Positions 48,891 through 58,228 of a stretch of 64,000 nucleotides of DNA are shown in pieces. Made by a program: the position numbers and the translations under genes. The notes under the pieces are model-generated. The model was not told where the DNA came from. It worked only from the letters and a program-made list of their open reading frames with translations, and made no database searches. Numbering within the stretch: the first letter of the stretch is position 1; each line of letters opens with the position of its first letter. Origin of the DNA: Prevotella sp. (lineage in GTDB: Bacteria; Bacteroidota; Bacteroidia; Bacteroidales; Bacteroidaceae); assembly GCA_022511045.1 (NCBI GenBank), contig JAFLSF010000001.1, positions 16,913 through 80,912 on the forward strand, written 5' to 3'.

Positions 48891-50183
48891 ATGAGTAAAG
48901 TTTCAATCTTAACTTTAGTTTTGATAACACTGGGTATAGGAAACTGCTATGCTCAGTTGTCGCCGTTTGACGAGAACTATCCTGTAGGATGGGCTTCTAT
49001 CGGTATGGAATGTACAGGAAGCGGTGACGTAAATCCTGTCGTAGTGACCACAGAAGAGGAACTCCGTGCTGCTTTACAACAGTGTAAGGGAGGTAAAAAG
49101 TCGATGACTATCTACATTAGTGGTGACATTGAGGTGAAAGAGAAATTGCGTTACGATAAGATAAAGAATGTAACCATTTACGGCCTACCTGGTTCGTCAC
49201 TTTATAACCGTAACCATAATGATAACGCCGACTATGCCGGTTTCTTCTATTGCCAAAACTGGGAGAACTGTATACTGCGCAATCTGACACTGTTAGGCGC
49301 AGGAGCCTATGATATATCGGCTTGTGACAATATTCAATTAGTTGAATCGAAGAATATATGGATAGATCATTGCGATATACAGGATGGTGTAGACGGTAAT
49401 TTAGATGCCAAAACGAAATCGGACAACATGACTATTTCATGGTGTAAGTTTTCCTATCTTATAGCTCCTTGGGCAAAACCTGGTGAGAGTGACGACCACC
49501 GTTGTTCCAGCATGTGGGGTTCGAGTGACAATCGTGGTGATGATGAAGGATTTTTAAACGCAACGTTTGTTAACTGCTGGTGGTATCATGGCTGTGGACA
49601 ACGCTGTCCTCGTATCCGTTTCGGTAAAGTACATATTGCAAACTGTCTTTGGGAGAATGGCACAGAGGACGACCCAGCCCAATATTGCATTGGCGTAGGG
49701 CACAGCTCTAAAATGTATATTGAGGGTGGTGACTTTTCTAACACTATAGTAACAGACTCACATCTAAAGTATTACTTGACAGACAAAAAGGTGTACCACT
49801 TTACGCTTAAAGACTGTATCAACGAGCCAGAACGACAGGAGAAAGGTGTAGGATATACTGGCGATTACTACAATCCTTACGCTGATCCAGACTATAAATG
49901 CAAGGTATACTCTTCTGAACTGGTAAGAGAGACATTGACTAATCCAGAAAGTGGTGCGGGTGCTACTCTTGATGAGAATCTGCTGACTACTCGTGGTAAT
50001 AACCATTATGGTGAGGGTGTAACATCCATCAAGGGTGTAAAGGCTGCTGATGATGCACAGGTAGTGTCCATACGCTATTATAATCTAACTGGAACACTGC
50101 TGGATGTGCCACAAAAGGGTATCAATATTTTGGAGTTTCAAATGAGTGACGGTACAACAAGAACAAATAAAATATATAAGTAA
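48891..50183 (+). CDS. Pectate lyase (PL1) with T9SS-type tail
   Basis: IWIDHC, DGNLD and RCPRIRFGKVH; C-terminal YYNLTG..KGINI. Confidence 0.82.
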   Translation: MSKVSILTLVLITLGIGNCYAQLSPFDENYPVGWASIGMECTGSGDVNPVVVTTEEELRAALQQCKGGKKSMTIYISGDIEVKEKLRYDKIKNVTIYGLPGSSLYNRNHNDNADYAGFFYCQNWENCILRNLTLLGAGAYDISACDNIQLVESKNIWIDHCDIQDGVDGNLDAKTKSDNMTISWCKFSYLIAPWAKPGESDDHRCSSMWGSSDNRGDDEGFLNATFVNCWWYHGCGQRCPRIRFGKVHIANCLWENGTEDDPAQYCIGVGHSSKMYIEGGDFSNTIVTDSHLKYYLTDKKVYHFTLKDCINEPERQEKGVGYTGDYYNPYADPDYKCKVYSSELVRETLTNPESGAGATLDENLLTTRGNNHYGEGVTSIKGVKAADDAQVVSIRYYNLTGTLLDVPQKGINILEFQMSDGTTRTNKIYK

Positions 50184-51469
50184 TGAAGAAAAGACAGATA
50201 GCATTAGCAATAACATTTCCACTGCTTTTAGCTGCTCAAGCACAACAGCCACTAAGTGAATACGACTTGAATAGACCGTTTGGATGGGGAGCACAACCTG
50301 GCTTTGAGGTTACGGGTGGAACTGGCGGAGAAGAAGTAGTAGTAACTACAGAAGCAGAATTTGAGACTGCTATCACAAAGAAAGATCCTGTCACCAAAGA
50401 GCGTGATGTCCCCATGATAATATATGTCAAAGGCGAGATAGAGTTTAAGCAGATGCACACTTGGCATGTCAAGAATAAGACTATTCTTGGACTACCTGGC
50501 TCACGCATTTTTAGCAAGGATCGCACGAAGAAAAATAGCGGCATTATAAAGTTTTCCAGCGGCAGTGGTGCGGAGGCAGAGAACATCATACTACGCAACC
50601 TCATCATTCAAGGAGCAGGTGCCTACGATGTAGATGGTGATGATGCACTGTTGTTTCAAGGAGTGAAACGCGTTTGGGTAGATCATTGTACAATTGGTGA
50701 TGGTGTGGATAGTAGTTTTGACTGTAACCACGAGTCTGACTATATCTGTGTCACTTGGTGTCATTTTATTTATAAGATAGACCCAATGGGTGGTGGTTCA
50801 GGTGGTGCTGACGACCATCGTTTTTGCAACACTTGGGGTGCCAGCGACAAGGCAATAGAGAGTGAGGGCCACCTAAATACCACGTTTGCTAATTGCTGGT
50901 GGGATAGTGGTTGTATGGAGCGTTGCCCTCGTGTCCGCTTTGGTAAAGTACATATTGTCAACTGCTATTATACCAATACGGGCAACAACTATAGCATTGG
51001 TTATGGCTATAAATCGAACATTTATGCAGAGAAGTGCTGGTTTGAAGATGGGGTCATTGTAGATAAAGACTATACAGATGCCAAACATGGTTATCCAGAC
51101 TATAATTATCAGTTGGTAGATTGTCACAACAGTGCTGACAAGAAGCAGCAAGTTGGAGAAGATATAGACTATTTTGACCCAGATGATTATTACACCTATG
51201 AAGGATTTGATGTAAATCTTGTACCCTCTGTCGTCGGTAACGAGAATACTGGTGCAGGTGCCAACCTCATGGTAGAGGTTGGTAAAGGCGTAACTGGTTA
51301 TGTCAATGGAGGAATGACTGCCATCCAGCACTTTAATACATCTCTTTCTCACTCAGCCAACTACTATACTTTGGATGGCGTACAACAGGCTACTCTCCAA
51401 AAGGGACTTAATATTGTACGTCAGCAAATGAGTGACGGTACTATTAAAATCATAAAGATTATCAAATAA
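50183..51469 (+). CDS. Pectate lyase (PL1) with T9SS-type tail
   Basis: VTGGTGG, VWVDHC and RCPRVRFGKVH; C-terminal YYTLDG..KGLNIV. TAATG stop/start overlap. Confidence 0.82.
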   Translation: MKKRQIALAITFPLLLAAQAQQPLSEYDLNRPFGWGAQPGFEVTGGTGGEEVVVTTEAEFETAITKKDPVTKERDVPMIIYVKGEIEFKQMHTWHVKNKTILGLPGSRIFSKDRTKKNSGIIKFSSGSGAEAENIILRNLIIQGAGAYDVDGDDALLFQGVKRVWVDHCTIGDGVDSSFDCNHESDYICVTWCHFIYKIDPMGGGSGGADDHRFCNTWGASDKAIESEGHLNTTFANCWWDSGCMERCPRVRFGKVHIVNCYYTNTGNNYSIGYGYKSNIYAEKCWFEDGVIVDKDYTDAKHGYPDYNYQLVDCHNSADKKQQVGEDIDYFDPDDYYTYEGFDVNLVPSVVGNENTGAGANLMVEVGKGVTGYVNGGMTAIQHFNTSLSHSANYYTLDGVQQATLQKGLNIVRQQMSDGTIKIIKIIK

Positions 51470-51483
51470 AACTAACTGCTAAT

Positions 51484-53547
51484 ATGAAAAAACTTACTGT
51501 ATTATGTTTGCTTTTTGCTATGGCTGTTGGGGCAATAGCTGCTGACGATAAACTTACAGAGAACTTTGAGACAGGGCTACCTTCATCAGCTCCATCTTCA
51601 GAAACGACGGTCACGTTATCTTCTGGCCAATGGAGGATTAAAGGCGTTAACGGAAAAACCGATAATGGTAGTTATCGCGCTGCTATGAGTTCTAATGGAT
51701 ATTTAATTACCCCTGCACTCAATCAGCCTGGTAAGGTGACGTTCTATCACCTTGCTTCTGGTAGTGGCAAAAAGTTGATAGTGGAGAAATCGCTTGATGG
51801 TGGTGCTACGTGGACAGAGCTGGGCACAGTTACCGTATCTTCATCAACCCCTTATGGAAGTGCTAGTTTTAATTGCAAATCTGCAGAAGAAGATACGCAA
51901 GTGTTGATTCGTTTTACTTGTCAAAGTAGTACTATCTACTTAGACGAAGTCAGCATTACATTGAATAGTGTATCAAGCATTGAACCAGAGCCTGACGACC
52001 CTACCTATGTTACTGAGGGAGTCCGTGTCCCAACCAAGCCTTTTCCTACAGCCCTAAAGACTATCTATATTGCTCCTAATGGTGATGATACTAATGGCGA
52101 TGGTAGCCTGGAAAAGCCTTGGTTCGACCTGCAGAAAGCAATCAATGCAGCCCAGCCTGGAACACATATTATTTGTCGGGGTGGTACCTATTTACAGAAA
52201 GTGCAAAGTGATGGCAAATTCACTGTCCGTATCAAGAGTAATGGTACAGCAGAGAATCCTATTATCATCCGCAGCTATGAGGATGAAAAGCCCATTTTCG
52301 ATTTTAGGAATGGGCTAACGAAAGAGCGTGTTGGCGAACGTGGTATATTGATGATAGGAAACCATTGGTGGCTGTTTGGTCTGCACATCACTCATGCTGC
52401 CGATAATGGTATCAAGTTAGAAGGCTCGTACAATCGCATTGAACGTTGCGAATTCTCTTACAACCTTGATACGGGTATACAACTTGGCTTTGGCCACGAT
52501 TTCAAATCAAGTATTGAGGCCTCCTATGGCGTCAGCGTTTCCAGCAATGACGGAACATGGTGTGCTTACAATGATATTATTGATTGCGATTCGCACCATA
52601 ACTGTGACTGCGACTCAAATTATGGAAGTGATGCAGATGGATTTGCCTGTAAAATGCATAACGGCAAAGGTAATCGCTTTATCCGTTGTAGAGCTTGGCG
52701 CAACAGCGATGATGCTTGGGATCTTTATGAGACAGACTACGATGTTGTTCTGGCGGAGTGTTGGGCATGGGAATCTGGCAAGGAGTCTGACCATGCGTGG
52801 GTCAAAGAATTTATCAATACCTCACATGGATTCTCTGGTAATGGCAATGGAATCAAGTTAGGCGGCAATGGTAGTGGTGGTTCGTCCAAGGGTATTCATT
52901 ATGCTTTTAACTGTATTGCTTTTGGTTGCAACAAAAGCGGTTCTGTGAAAGGTTTTGACTGTAACAGTCACAAGGACGGTCACGTGTTGGTTGGCTGTTT
53001 AGCTTTTGACAATGGCTACGATTTTATGTTTGAGAGCGGTGGCTCTAATGCCAATACCAAGTATTATAATAATATATGTATAGGCCGACAAGAAATATGT
53101 GTAGGTACTGACGATTATAATGCTATTAGCTCTCCTATGTCTAAAAATGGCTGGACAAATCACCTAATAACAGGCATTGGTAAAGATGACTTTATCTCAT
53201 TGGATGAGGACGAAGCCCTAAAGCCACGCGATATTTATGGTGGACTTCCTCGTAAGTTTGGCCGTCTGGCCAGCGATAGTCAAATGATAGACCAGGGTAA
53301 TGAAGCCTACGAAGAAGCAATGCCCGTTTGGCAACAGCTTGTCCAAGATTTCCCTTTTTTGAAGCGTACAATCACTGGTATAGGTCGCGATTTAGGCCCT
53401 TATGAGCGTCCGGGAGAAACAACAAGAATTTCGACAATATCCAGATCCAATGGAACCGCTGTGAATATCAAGAAATACCTAAAGGATGGTTATCTCGTGA
53501 TAGAGAAAGATGGTATTCGCTACAATGCTATTGGCCAAAAACTTTGA
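51484..53547 (+). CDS. PL9-family pectate lyase with N-terminal beta-sandwich domain
   Basis: IYIAPNGDD..GSLEKPW, ADGFACK, NSDDAWD and GNGNGIKLGG; C-terminal KDGIRYNAIGQKL. Confidence 0.78.
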   Translation: MKKLTVLCLLFAMAVGAIAADDKLTENFETGLPSSAPSSETTVTLSSGQWRIKGVNGKTDNGSYRAAMSSNGYLITPALNQPGKVTFYHLASGSGKKLIVEKSLDGGATWTELGTVTVSSSTPYGSASFNCKSAEEDTQVLIRFTCQSSTIYLDEVSITLNSVSSIEPEPDDPTYVTEGVRVPTKPFPTALKTIYIAPNGDDTNGDGSLEKPWFDLQKAINAAQPGTHIICRGGTYLQKVQSDGKFTVRIKSNGTAENPIIIRSYEDEKPIFDFRNGLTKERVGERGILMIGNHWWLFGLHITHAADNGIKLEGSYNRIERCEFSYNLDTGIQLGFGHDFKSSIEASYGVSVSSNDGTWCAYNDIIDCDSHHNCDCDSNYGSDADGFACKMHNGKGNRFIRCRAWRNSDDAWDLYETDYDVVLAECWAWESGKESDHAWVKEFINTSHGFSGNGNGIKLGGNGSGGSSKGIHYAFNCIAFGCNKSGSVKGFDCNSHKDGHVLVGCLAFDNGYDFMFESGGSNANTKYYNNICIGRQEICVGTDDYNAISSPMSKNGWTNHLITGIGKDDFISLDEDEALKPRDIYGGLPRKFGRLASDSQMIDQGNEAYEEAMPVWQQLVQDFPFLKRTITGIGRDLGPYERPGETTRISTISRSNGTAVNIKKYLKDGYLVIEKDGIRYNAIGQKL

Positions 53548-53564
53548 AAATAAATTTAGAGATC

Positions 53565-54272
53565 TTACAGCACTTTCTCCCTAAAGCGCTGCATGAGCCA
53601 CTCCTTCTGCTCGGCAATGGTCATGTGACTGTTGTCGAGCAGAATAGCATCTGGGGCTTGGCGTAGCGGTGACACTTCACGATGGGAGTCAATATAGTCG
53701 CGCTCCACTACATTCTTTAATATGCTATCGTAATCGGCCTCCATGCCTTTGGCCTTTAGCTCGTCGTAGCGGCGCTGGGCACGTACCTCAGCGGAGGCTG
53801 TCACAAAAATCTTTAGTTCTGCGTTCGGGAATACAACGGTGCCAATGTCGCGGCCATCCATTACGACGCCGCCACCCTGTCCCATCCGTTGTTGCTGGGC
53901 TACCATTGCCCTGCGGACAAATCCTAAAGTGGCGATGGGACTGACGTGGCTACTCACCTCCATGCTCCGTATCTCGCGCTCCACCAATTCGCCGTTGAGG
54001 TAGGTGTCAGGTCGCCCTTCTTCGGTGTTGAATTGGAAAGAGATATGGATGTCATCCATCCTGCGACGCAACTCGTCCTCGTTGATGCGTACCTCTCCCT
54101 CTTTCCCCTTCTCTTTCAAAAAGAGTCCGTTGCGAAGGGCATAGAGCGTGACACAACGATACATAGCTCCTGTGTCAACATATACATAGCCAACCTCGCG
54201 GGCCAGCCCTTTGGCCATAGTGCTCTTGCCGCACGATGAATGGCCGTCAATAGCGATGGTTATCTTTTTCAT
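53565..54272 (-). CDS. cmk: Cytidylate kinase
   Basis: [20 protein letters not shown] and [12 protein letters not shown]. Confidence 0.95.
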   Translation of the reverse strand: MKKITIAIDGHSSCGKSTMAKGLAREVGYVYVDTGAMYRCVTLYALRNGLFLKEKGKEGEVRINEDELRRRMDDIHISFQFNTEEGRPDTYLNGELVEREIRSMEVSSHVSPIATLGFVRRAMVAQQQRMGQGGGVVMDGRDIGTVVFPNAELKIFVTASAEVRAQRRYDELKAKGMEADYDSILKNVVERDYIDSHREVSPLRQAPDAILLDNSHMTIAEQKEWLMQRFREKVL

Positions 54273-55231
54273 AGTGAATACGTGGCGTTTACCAAAAGTG
54301 AATAGGCCGACACATGATATTTGGCGTAAGCCAATTGCAGCTTGAAACGTTGTAGCAGTACACCGCCTCCCAGAGAGAGACCCGCACCATGATTGCTGCC
54401 TTTGTCGTCATCACTGGCTATAATCTTCATTTCGCTGGAACGACGAAAATTATAGCCTGCCGCCAAGAATATCTGCTGCCCAAGATAAACATCGGCACCT
54501 ACTGCCAGATGCTTGATGAGTCCCTGGTCCCAGTTATGTAGCCTTGACAGCGTAGCATGTAGCGTCAGCGGTGAGCCAATCAGTTTTTTAGTAACACCTA
54601 ATTGCAGGTCGAGGGGGATGCGCTCAAAGTCTTCGTCGTAGGCCTTAATCTGTCCGCCGAGGTTCTTCACCACAGCCGATACCGACCAGCCCTTTTCTTC
54701 TTGATAGTAGTTCACGCCCAAGTCAAAACTAACGGCTGCGGAACTATAGCTGCCGATAGTGGATGAAATAAATCGACCTGTAATGCCGCCGCTTATTTCA
54801 TCGCCCAGCATATAAGCGAAAGTGCCTGCCAGCGCAATATCTTTAGGTGAAAAGGTTCCAGTCTGCTCGTTGTTCAGTGTCGTTTCCTTAATGCTTCCAT
54901 ACGCCATATACTGAGCACTGACACCCCATGAAGACCTGTCGCCTGCTGCCTTGACGAAGGAAGCCGAGGCCGTTGTCGTACCCTCCATGTAGGTCATGAA
55001 GTTTATGTTGATGCTCTTGTCCGAGGTGTTGTTAATCAGCGCTGGATTATGGAAGATAACCGTAGGGTCGTCCTCTACCAGCGAGATGTTCTCACCACCC
55101 ACTGCAGCAGCATGGGCACTGACAGGCAAACGCAGGAAGCTATACACTTCCTTACTCTCCTGGGCTTGGACACTCAGAGCCTGCAACCCACAGCCAATGG
55201 CCAACAACCTGACTAATAATCCTTTCTTCAT
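54269..55231 (-). CDS. porQ: Type IX secretion system protein PorQ
   Basis: [21 protein letters not shown] and GYNFRR beta-barrel motifs; porQ-cmk synteny. Confidence 0.8.
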   Translation of the reverse strand: MKKGLLVRLLAIGCGLQALSVQAQESKEVYSFLRLPVSAHAAAVGGENISLVEDDPTVIFHNPALINNTSDKSININFMTYMEGTTTASASFVKAAGDRSSWGVSAQYMAYGSIKETTLNNEQTGTFSPKDIALAGTFAYMLGDEISGGITGRFISSTIGSYSSAAVSFDLGVNYYQEEKGWSVSAVVKNLGGQIKAYDEDFERIPLDLQLGVTKKLIGSPLTLHATLSRLHNWDQGLIKHLAVGADVYLGQQIFLAAGYNFRRSSEMKIIASDDDKGSNHGAGLSLGGGVLLQRFKLQLAYAKYHVSAYSLLVNATYSL

Positions 55232-55245
55232 CTTTATTTCAACGG

Positions 55246-55336
55246 CAAAGGTACGAAAAATATTGTACCTAAAAAAGCAAACGCCCAAATAATTCGTTAT
55301 TCATCACCTATAATTCATAATTATTTCCTACCTTTG
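55246..55336. promoter_or_regulatory. Divergent -7 boxes for porQ and tonB
   Basis: TACCTTTG on the minus strand (55246-55253) and the plus strand (55329-55336). Confidence 0.6.
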
Positions 55337-55345
55337 CATCCGTAA

Positions 55346-56050
55346 ATGGAACAAAAGAAAGCCCCGCAGGCAGACATTGAACAGCGTCGTACCACAGGAT
55401 TTCTCTTGGGGTTAATCCTTGTGCTGGCGGTCTGTTACGTGGCTTTGGAGTGGAACACGTCCATGAGCTCTGATGAATACCTCAATCCTATAGACCTCAG
55501 CGAGTTGATGCACGAAAGTGAGTTAGTACCGATGTCGAACGAGGAAGTACAGGCTCAGTTGCAAGACCACCAGCAGTCGGACAAGGCAGAAGAGTTGAGA
55601 GTCGTTGATGACGAGGTAGAGTTGGACCCTACAGATGACGATTCGTCCGCCGCTGACGCAGATGATGAATCGCTGCTCCGAGATTTGCAACCAGACGACA
55701 AACCTTTGGCCTCGCTGGATGTCGACCCGCAAAACCCGCTCAACTTCCATATAGTCGAAGACTTGCCCCAGTTTCCTGGGGGTGCCGTTGAGCTGATGAA
55801 GTGGCTCACCAAGAACTTGAAATATCCGCAGGTGGCTCAGCGCAAGAAAGTACAGGGTAAGGTTGTCGCTCAGTTTTATGTTGAAAAGGATGGAAGCATT
55901 AGCGGCATAGAGGTCACTCAGTCGTTGTCGCCAGAGTGTGACCGCGAGGCCTTGAGGGTGTTGGGCATGATGCCCGCTTGGAAACCAGGCATCCAGCGCG
56001 ACCAGCCTTGCCGCACCAAAATACAGATACCTATCGTATTTAAATTGTGA
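55346..56050 (+). CDS. tonB: Energy transducer TonB
   Basis: N-terminal TM, acidic linker and C-terminal domain PQFPGG..NLKYP..WKPG. Confidence 0.85.
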   Translation: MEQKKAPQADIEQRRTTGFLLGLILVLAVCYVALEWNTSMSSDEYLNPIDLSELMHESELVPMSNEEVQAQLQDHQQSDKAEELRVVDDEVELDPTDDDSSAADADDESLLRDLQPDDKPLASLDVDPQNPLNFHIVEDLPQFPGGAVELMKWLTKNLKYPQVAQRKKVQGKVVAQFYVEKDGSISGIEVTQSLSPECDREALRVLGMMPAWKPGIQRDQPCRTKIQIPIVFKL

Positions 56051-56082
56051 AAGAAAGACCATAAAGAAATAACACACACAAT

Positions 56083-57057
56083 ATGCAAACTTCTAACGAA
56101 ATACTCCAGCAGGTGAACGCCTTTCTCGCAACCCTGCCTTACGAACGCAAACCTCACTCGCTCTACGAGCCTGTAGAATATGTACTGTCGCTTGGCGGCA
56201 AGCGTATCCGCCCCGTCCTCATGCTTATGGGCTACAATCTTTGGCGCGAGCATCCCGAGAGCATCCTCATGCCAGCCGTAGGTCTTGAGACCTACCATAA
56301 CTATACGTTGTTGCACGACGACCTTATGGACAATGCCGACGTGCGGCGAGGCCACGAGACGGTACATCGCCGCTGGGATGCCAATAAGGCCATTCTCTCT
56401 GGCGACTCGATGCTCGTCTTGGCCTATCAGCGGATGCAGCAGGTACCCGCCGACAAGTTGCCTGCCGTGCTTGACCTTTTTACGGAGACGGCATTAGAGA
56501 TTGGCGAGGGACAGGAGTATGACATGACTTTTGAGACGCGCAACGACGTGACGGAGGACGAGTATATTGAGATGATTCGTCTGAAGACGTCCGTCCTGTT
56601 GGCCTGCGCATTGAAGATAGGTGCACTGCTGGCCGACGCCCCCCAAGAGGATGCCGACCGCCTCTATCGACTTGGCGAGCAGATTGGCTTGGCTTTCCAA
56701 TTGCAGGATGACTTGCTGGACGTTTATGGCGACCCGAAGGTGTTTGGCAAGGCCATAGGCGGCGATATTACCAGCAACAAGAAAACCTATATGCTTATCA
56801 ATGCTGTCAATCGGGCTAATCCCGAGCAACGACAGGAGTTGGAGCGCTGGATAACGGCCAAAGACTTCAACCGCCAAGAGAAAGTCAATGCCGTCACTCG
56901 CTTGTACGACGAAATAGGTGTCCGCCAACTCTGCGAGGATAAAATCAACTATTACTTCGATATGGCTCGTCAGACACTACAGGAGGTCAATGTTGCAGAG
57001 GAGCGCAAACAGGCTCTGCAGCAATATATGGACGAGTTGTTACACCGTGACAAATAA
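56083..57057 (+). CDS. Polyprenyl (geranyl/farnesyl) diphosphate synthase
   Basis: GGKRIRP, LLHDDLMD..RRG and FQLQDDLLD. Confidence 0.9.
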   Translation: MQTSNEILQQVNAFLATLPYERKPHSLYEPVEYVLSLGGKRIRPVLMLMGYNLWREHPESILMPAVGLETYHNYTLLHDDLMDNADVRRGHETVHRRWDANKAILSGDSMLVLAYQRMQQVPADKLPAVLDLFTETALEIGEGQEYDMTFETRNDVTEDEYIEMIRLKTSVLLACALKIGALLADAPQEDADRLYRLGEQIGLAFQLQDDLLDVYGDPKVFGKAIGGDITSNKKTYMLINAVNRANPEQRQELERWITAKDFNRQEKVNAVTRLYDEIGVRQLCEDKINYYFDMARQTLQEVNVAEERKQALQQYMDELLHRDK

Positions 57058-57076
57058 AAGAAGAAACTAACGAGAA

Positions 57077-57910
57077 GTGAAGACCTTGCTACCGCTTAAC
57101 TATATTGACACGCATTGTCATTTGGACGGTGAAGAATTTGCCGAAGACCGAGAGGCCGTTCTTTGTCGAGCCCGCGAGGCGGGATGTGCGGCAATATTCC
57201 TGCCCGCCATCGACTTCAAGTCGTGCTACACCGTGCTGGACACTTGCCGACAATATCCCGACTATTGCTATCCCATGTTGGGCCTCCATCCCGAGGAAGT
57301 CCGCCACGATTGGCGCGAGCAACTGGAAAAGATTCGCTCGTTGGAGGCTACCCCTATTGCTATTGGTGAGGTCGGTCTTGATTTCTATTGGAGCCGCGAG
57401 TTTGAACAAGAGCAACTTGAGGCTTTCGAAGAGCAGGTTCGTTGGTCAATAGAAGCGCAATTACCCCTCATGATTCATTGTCGGAAGGCTCAGAACGAGC
57501 TGGTCACTATATTAAAGCGGTATAAAGACGAATTGCCAGGAGGAGTCTTTCATTGTTTCACGGGCAACGAGCAGGAGGCTCGCCAACTCTTAGACTTTCC
57601 CCGCTTTGTGTTAGGTATTGGCGGCGTGCTCACTTTCAAAAAGAGCCACTTGCCCGAAACCCTTGCGGGCTCTGTCGTTCCTTCTGCGCTCCCTCCCGCT
57701 TCTTCCGCCTCTTGCCCTCCCGTTCCATTGGAGCGGATTGTGTTGGAGACCGATGCTCCCTATATGGCTCCCGTCCCTATGCGGGGTCAGCGCAACGAGC
57801 CAGCCTTCATCCGCCACGTTATCACTCGTTTGTCTGAGGCCTATCAAGTGAGCGTAGAAACCATCTGTCAACAGACCACCGCCAACGTCCGCCGCATCTT
57901 CACTTTTTAA
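57077..57910 (+). CDS. tatD: TatD family hydrolase
   Basis: IDTHCH, GLHP, AIGEVGLD, IHCR, HCFTG and LETDAPY. Confidence 0.9.
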   Translation: MKTLLPLNYIDTHCHLDGEEFAEDREAVLCRAREAGCAAIFLPAIDFKSCYTVLDTCRQYPDYCYPMLGLHPEEVRHDWREQLEKIRSLEATPIAIGEVGLDFYWSREFEQEQLEAFEEQVRWSIEAQLPLMIHCRKAQNELVTILKRYKDELPGGVFHCFTGNEQEARQLLDFPRFVLGIGGVLTFKKSHLPETLAGSVVPSALPPASSASCPPVPLERIVLETDAPYMAPVPMRGQRNEPAFIRHVITRLSEAYQVSVETICQQTTANVRRIFTF

Positions 57911-57919
57911 CCCCAAAAC

Positions 57920-58000
57920 CGAGCCTTAGGCTCGTTAATGACGAGTATAGGCCTCGTCCGCTTTGAGGCCTATACTCACGGGCCACGAGGCCTATTCTCG
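57920..58000. repeat. 22-bp period array D of four YGAG-N7-CTCR units
   Basis: CGAG-CCTTAGG-CTCG (57920), CGAG-TATAGGC-CTCG (57942), TGAG-GCCTATA-CTCA (57964), CGAG-GCCTATT-CTCG (57986). Confidence 0.88.
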
Positions 58001-58228
58001 TCGTAAGAAATCTTTACACCCAGTCAGTCCGCATATTATTGGCGTTGGATGATGGGGCTGGTTGCACCAAGAATGAGGAATAGGGATAACGAATTGAAGA
58101 TGATGTTTCGTTGGTTGGCTCGTCGGGGGTAGTGTGTAGGTAGTTTCTGTCAAGTTCGTTTTTATGTAATTTGTTTGGCTATTCCAGAAATAATGTGTAC
58201 TTTTGTACCCATACTATGTATAGTAACT

